DNA of 63,345 bases, filler included, from Reclinomonas americana ATCC 50394 (taxonomy: Eukaryota), in the NCBI GenBank assembly GCA_048213135.1. It is 19 parts of 19 records of this genome, joined end to end, with 100 filler letters (N's around TTAATTAATTAA, not from the genome) between each part and the next. Parts side by side here need not be neighbours in the genome. Positions count along the whole stretch, not along the records: positions 61,421 to 63,345 come from AFZH01019374.1; 18 more parts are not named here. One strand, written 5' to 3'. Shown piece after piece: positions 61,452 through 63,345 of this stretch (the first letter of the stretch is position 1; each line of letters begins with the position of its first letter). Made by a program: the position numbers and the translations under genes. The notes beneath the pieces are model-generated. The model was not told where the DNA came from and did not search any database. It saw nothing but the letters and a program-made list of their open reading frames with translations.

Positions 61452-63192
61452 AGTGGTAATAACGTCCCCCGGAATCAGAGACAGCTATTGCACGGACACA
61501 AATCACTGCACAACGATGGGGCAAGGGAGAAGAGCAGCAGAGTGACTTGTTCGAATGCACATGAGCGAGATTAAAGTGCAGCATAACAGTATGTAGCGAG
61601 AGACATGTATCACAGTCAACTGTTGCAACTGCAGATCGAGGCAGCAAGATAGACAACCAGCAAAGAGAGAGTAAAGAGTGTGCGTGAGAGAGGCGAGAAC
61701 ACACAGTACGTTGCTATCAGCTCTCGTATATGACACCACAAGAGCGCAGCCGTCGTTGCAGTGTTGAGGCTGCCTTTCATGCAGACAGAGGCAGCGCATT
61801 ACTTTTCGTACTTCATGCTCACCTTCTCTTTCCCGCACAGCTATTGCACCTCCAACAACCGCCTGTGCGGAGTCGACAACTGCGACGGCTCATGCGGTCA
61901 ATGGTACGTCTCTTCTCCTCAAGGAAACTCTCTTCTATCTCTCCCTTCTCACTCTCCGGCCTCCACAGCAACGCGAGCGCCTACTACTTCTGCCTCGACC
62001 CCGACGGCACCTCGTCGTCTTGCGCCTTCTTCCCGCGTGCCGCCTGCAACCACCTGCAGCCGGTGTGCAGCACGAATTGCGGTCCGCGCGGCTACTGTGG
62101 CTCGGATTGCGAATGGTATGAATCTTTTCCGCAGCGTCATCGACACACGCGCTTCTATTATGCTCACCACCGATGACCCCCAACAGCCACAACATTGACG
62201 ACCCGGTGCCGGATCAGTACGTGAACGAGCAGATGCTGCAAGACGAGATCTTCATCGAGGATCTCTTCGTCTCGGCCTTTTCGTGTGCCGCCGTGGAGAA
62301 GTGTATCAGCGGGTTTGGCTGGCGCCGCCTGCTGCGCTTCAGCGTGGAGAGTGTCAATCAGGGCCAGGCTCCAGTGGTGGGCGGTGTGCCCAAGGAGAAT
62401 CCCGACCTGTTTGTGTGGAGCCCGGTGTGTGCCTTAGTGTGGCAGATAGTTGGGAGGTGATTGTTGCTCACTCACTCGCTCTCACGCGACAGTGCCACGG
62501 CCATTACCATTTCATGGGTTTCGCCAACGTTGCGCCAGAGTACTTGAAACGTCAGCATCGGCTTTGTTCTTCTCACTTCTCCTTTGTTTTGTGCAGTACG
62601 AACTGTTTAATAAGAACGGCACTCTTGCCGCCACCGGCCACAAGCAGGCTTATTGGTGAGCGTTGTTGATGGTGCATGATGTGAACCACCGGCATCTCTG
62701 ACCTGCACCACACCTGCGTCGCAGCGAGGAGGATGCCCGTCGTGTGCTGAGCAGCCCGGCCTTCCGCTGGTTTGTTTCTCACACCCTTTTTGTGCTCTTG
62801 TCCTCCGTACTCACCGTCGCTGCGCAGTGCCGAGACGTACGACTGCGATACGCAGGGAATCTCGCCGGGATGGAGTGACATTTATGGTGCGTGCATCAGT
62901 GATTTTGTAAAGGAGATAACGTGCGCACTTGTTGACTGTTTCTCGCAGGCAACGCCCTCGACTGCCAGTGGATCGACATTACCGACGTGCCACCGGGCGA
63001 CTATGTGCTGAAGATTACCCTTAACCCGCATCGGTGAGACAGCGCACATGTAAAGCAGCAGCAGAATGACAGCTGCGTTGATACTGACTTGCCAACAGTG
63101 ACTCCTTCGAGGTGACCTACGAGAATAACGTGGCTGCGGTCACCGTTACCATTCCGCCGTGGGCTCGTGCGACTGGCGGCGGCTCGGCGTAA
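56573..63192 (+). CDS. Secreted multidomain lysyl oxidase: signal peptide, EGF-like repeats, Cys-rich repeats, PPC-like domain, C-terminal LOX domain
   Basis: Signal [34 protein letters not shown] motifs [73 protein letters not shown]. Stop TAA at 63190-63192. Crosses two gaps. Confidence 0.85.
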
Positions 63193-63345
63193 AGGTTGCC
63201 GCCACTTGAATGCGGAGACAGGGTTCAGTGTTTTGCGATGTTTTTTTGTTGAGAAGGGTGTGCAGTTGTTGTTTGCAAGCCAGCAATGAAGAAGCTCATG
63301 CAACCCTCGGTCAACGCCGAAAGGGGAAATATGTGAGCGAGGGAG

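Overview
Draft scaffold from a GC-rich, intron-dense eukaryote. A protist, plausibly an amoebozoan, is inferred from gene content only. It is broken by 18 artificial gap spacers (N-run/TTAATTAATTAA/N-run), mostly next to simple-repeat introns. Splicing by hand gives about 17 genes: Sec20, two divergent ARM-repeat proteins, a calponin-homology/coiled-coil protein, Luc7, an NAD+/folate-type mitochondrial carrier, a type-B carboxylesterase, an acid lipase, xanthine dehydrogenase, Rad1, a two-domain AAA ATPase, a TMEM42-like protein, an S8 protease fragment, a secreted lysyl oxidase, a pyrimidine-dimer glycosylase, a nuclease-like gene and several unknowns. Most notable: (1) about 17 introns use a register-shifted 5' splice site GTTGCG(T) instead of GTGCGT/GTGAGT; (2) a six-exon gene joins a FYVE-like zinc finger to a PD-(D/E)xK nuclease-like domain; (3) the lysyl oxidase carries EGF and myxobacterial-type Cys-rich repeats; (4) a phage-type pyrimidine-dimer glycosylase has an intron and an NLS-like tail; (5) a ~10-aa AxA[LVI]RxAMP motif repeats nine times in the CH protein; (6) the AAA ATPase has a natural Walker B E-to-Q change. 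All gene models are manual, and all family calls come from motif recognition, not database searches.
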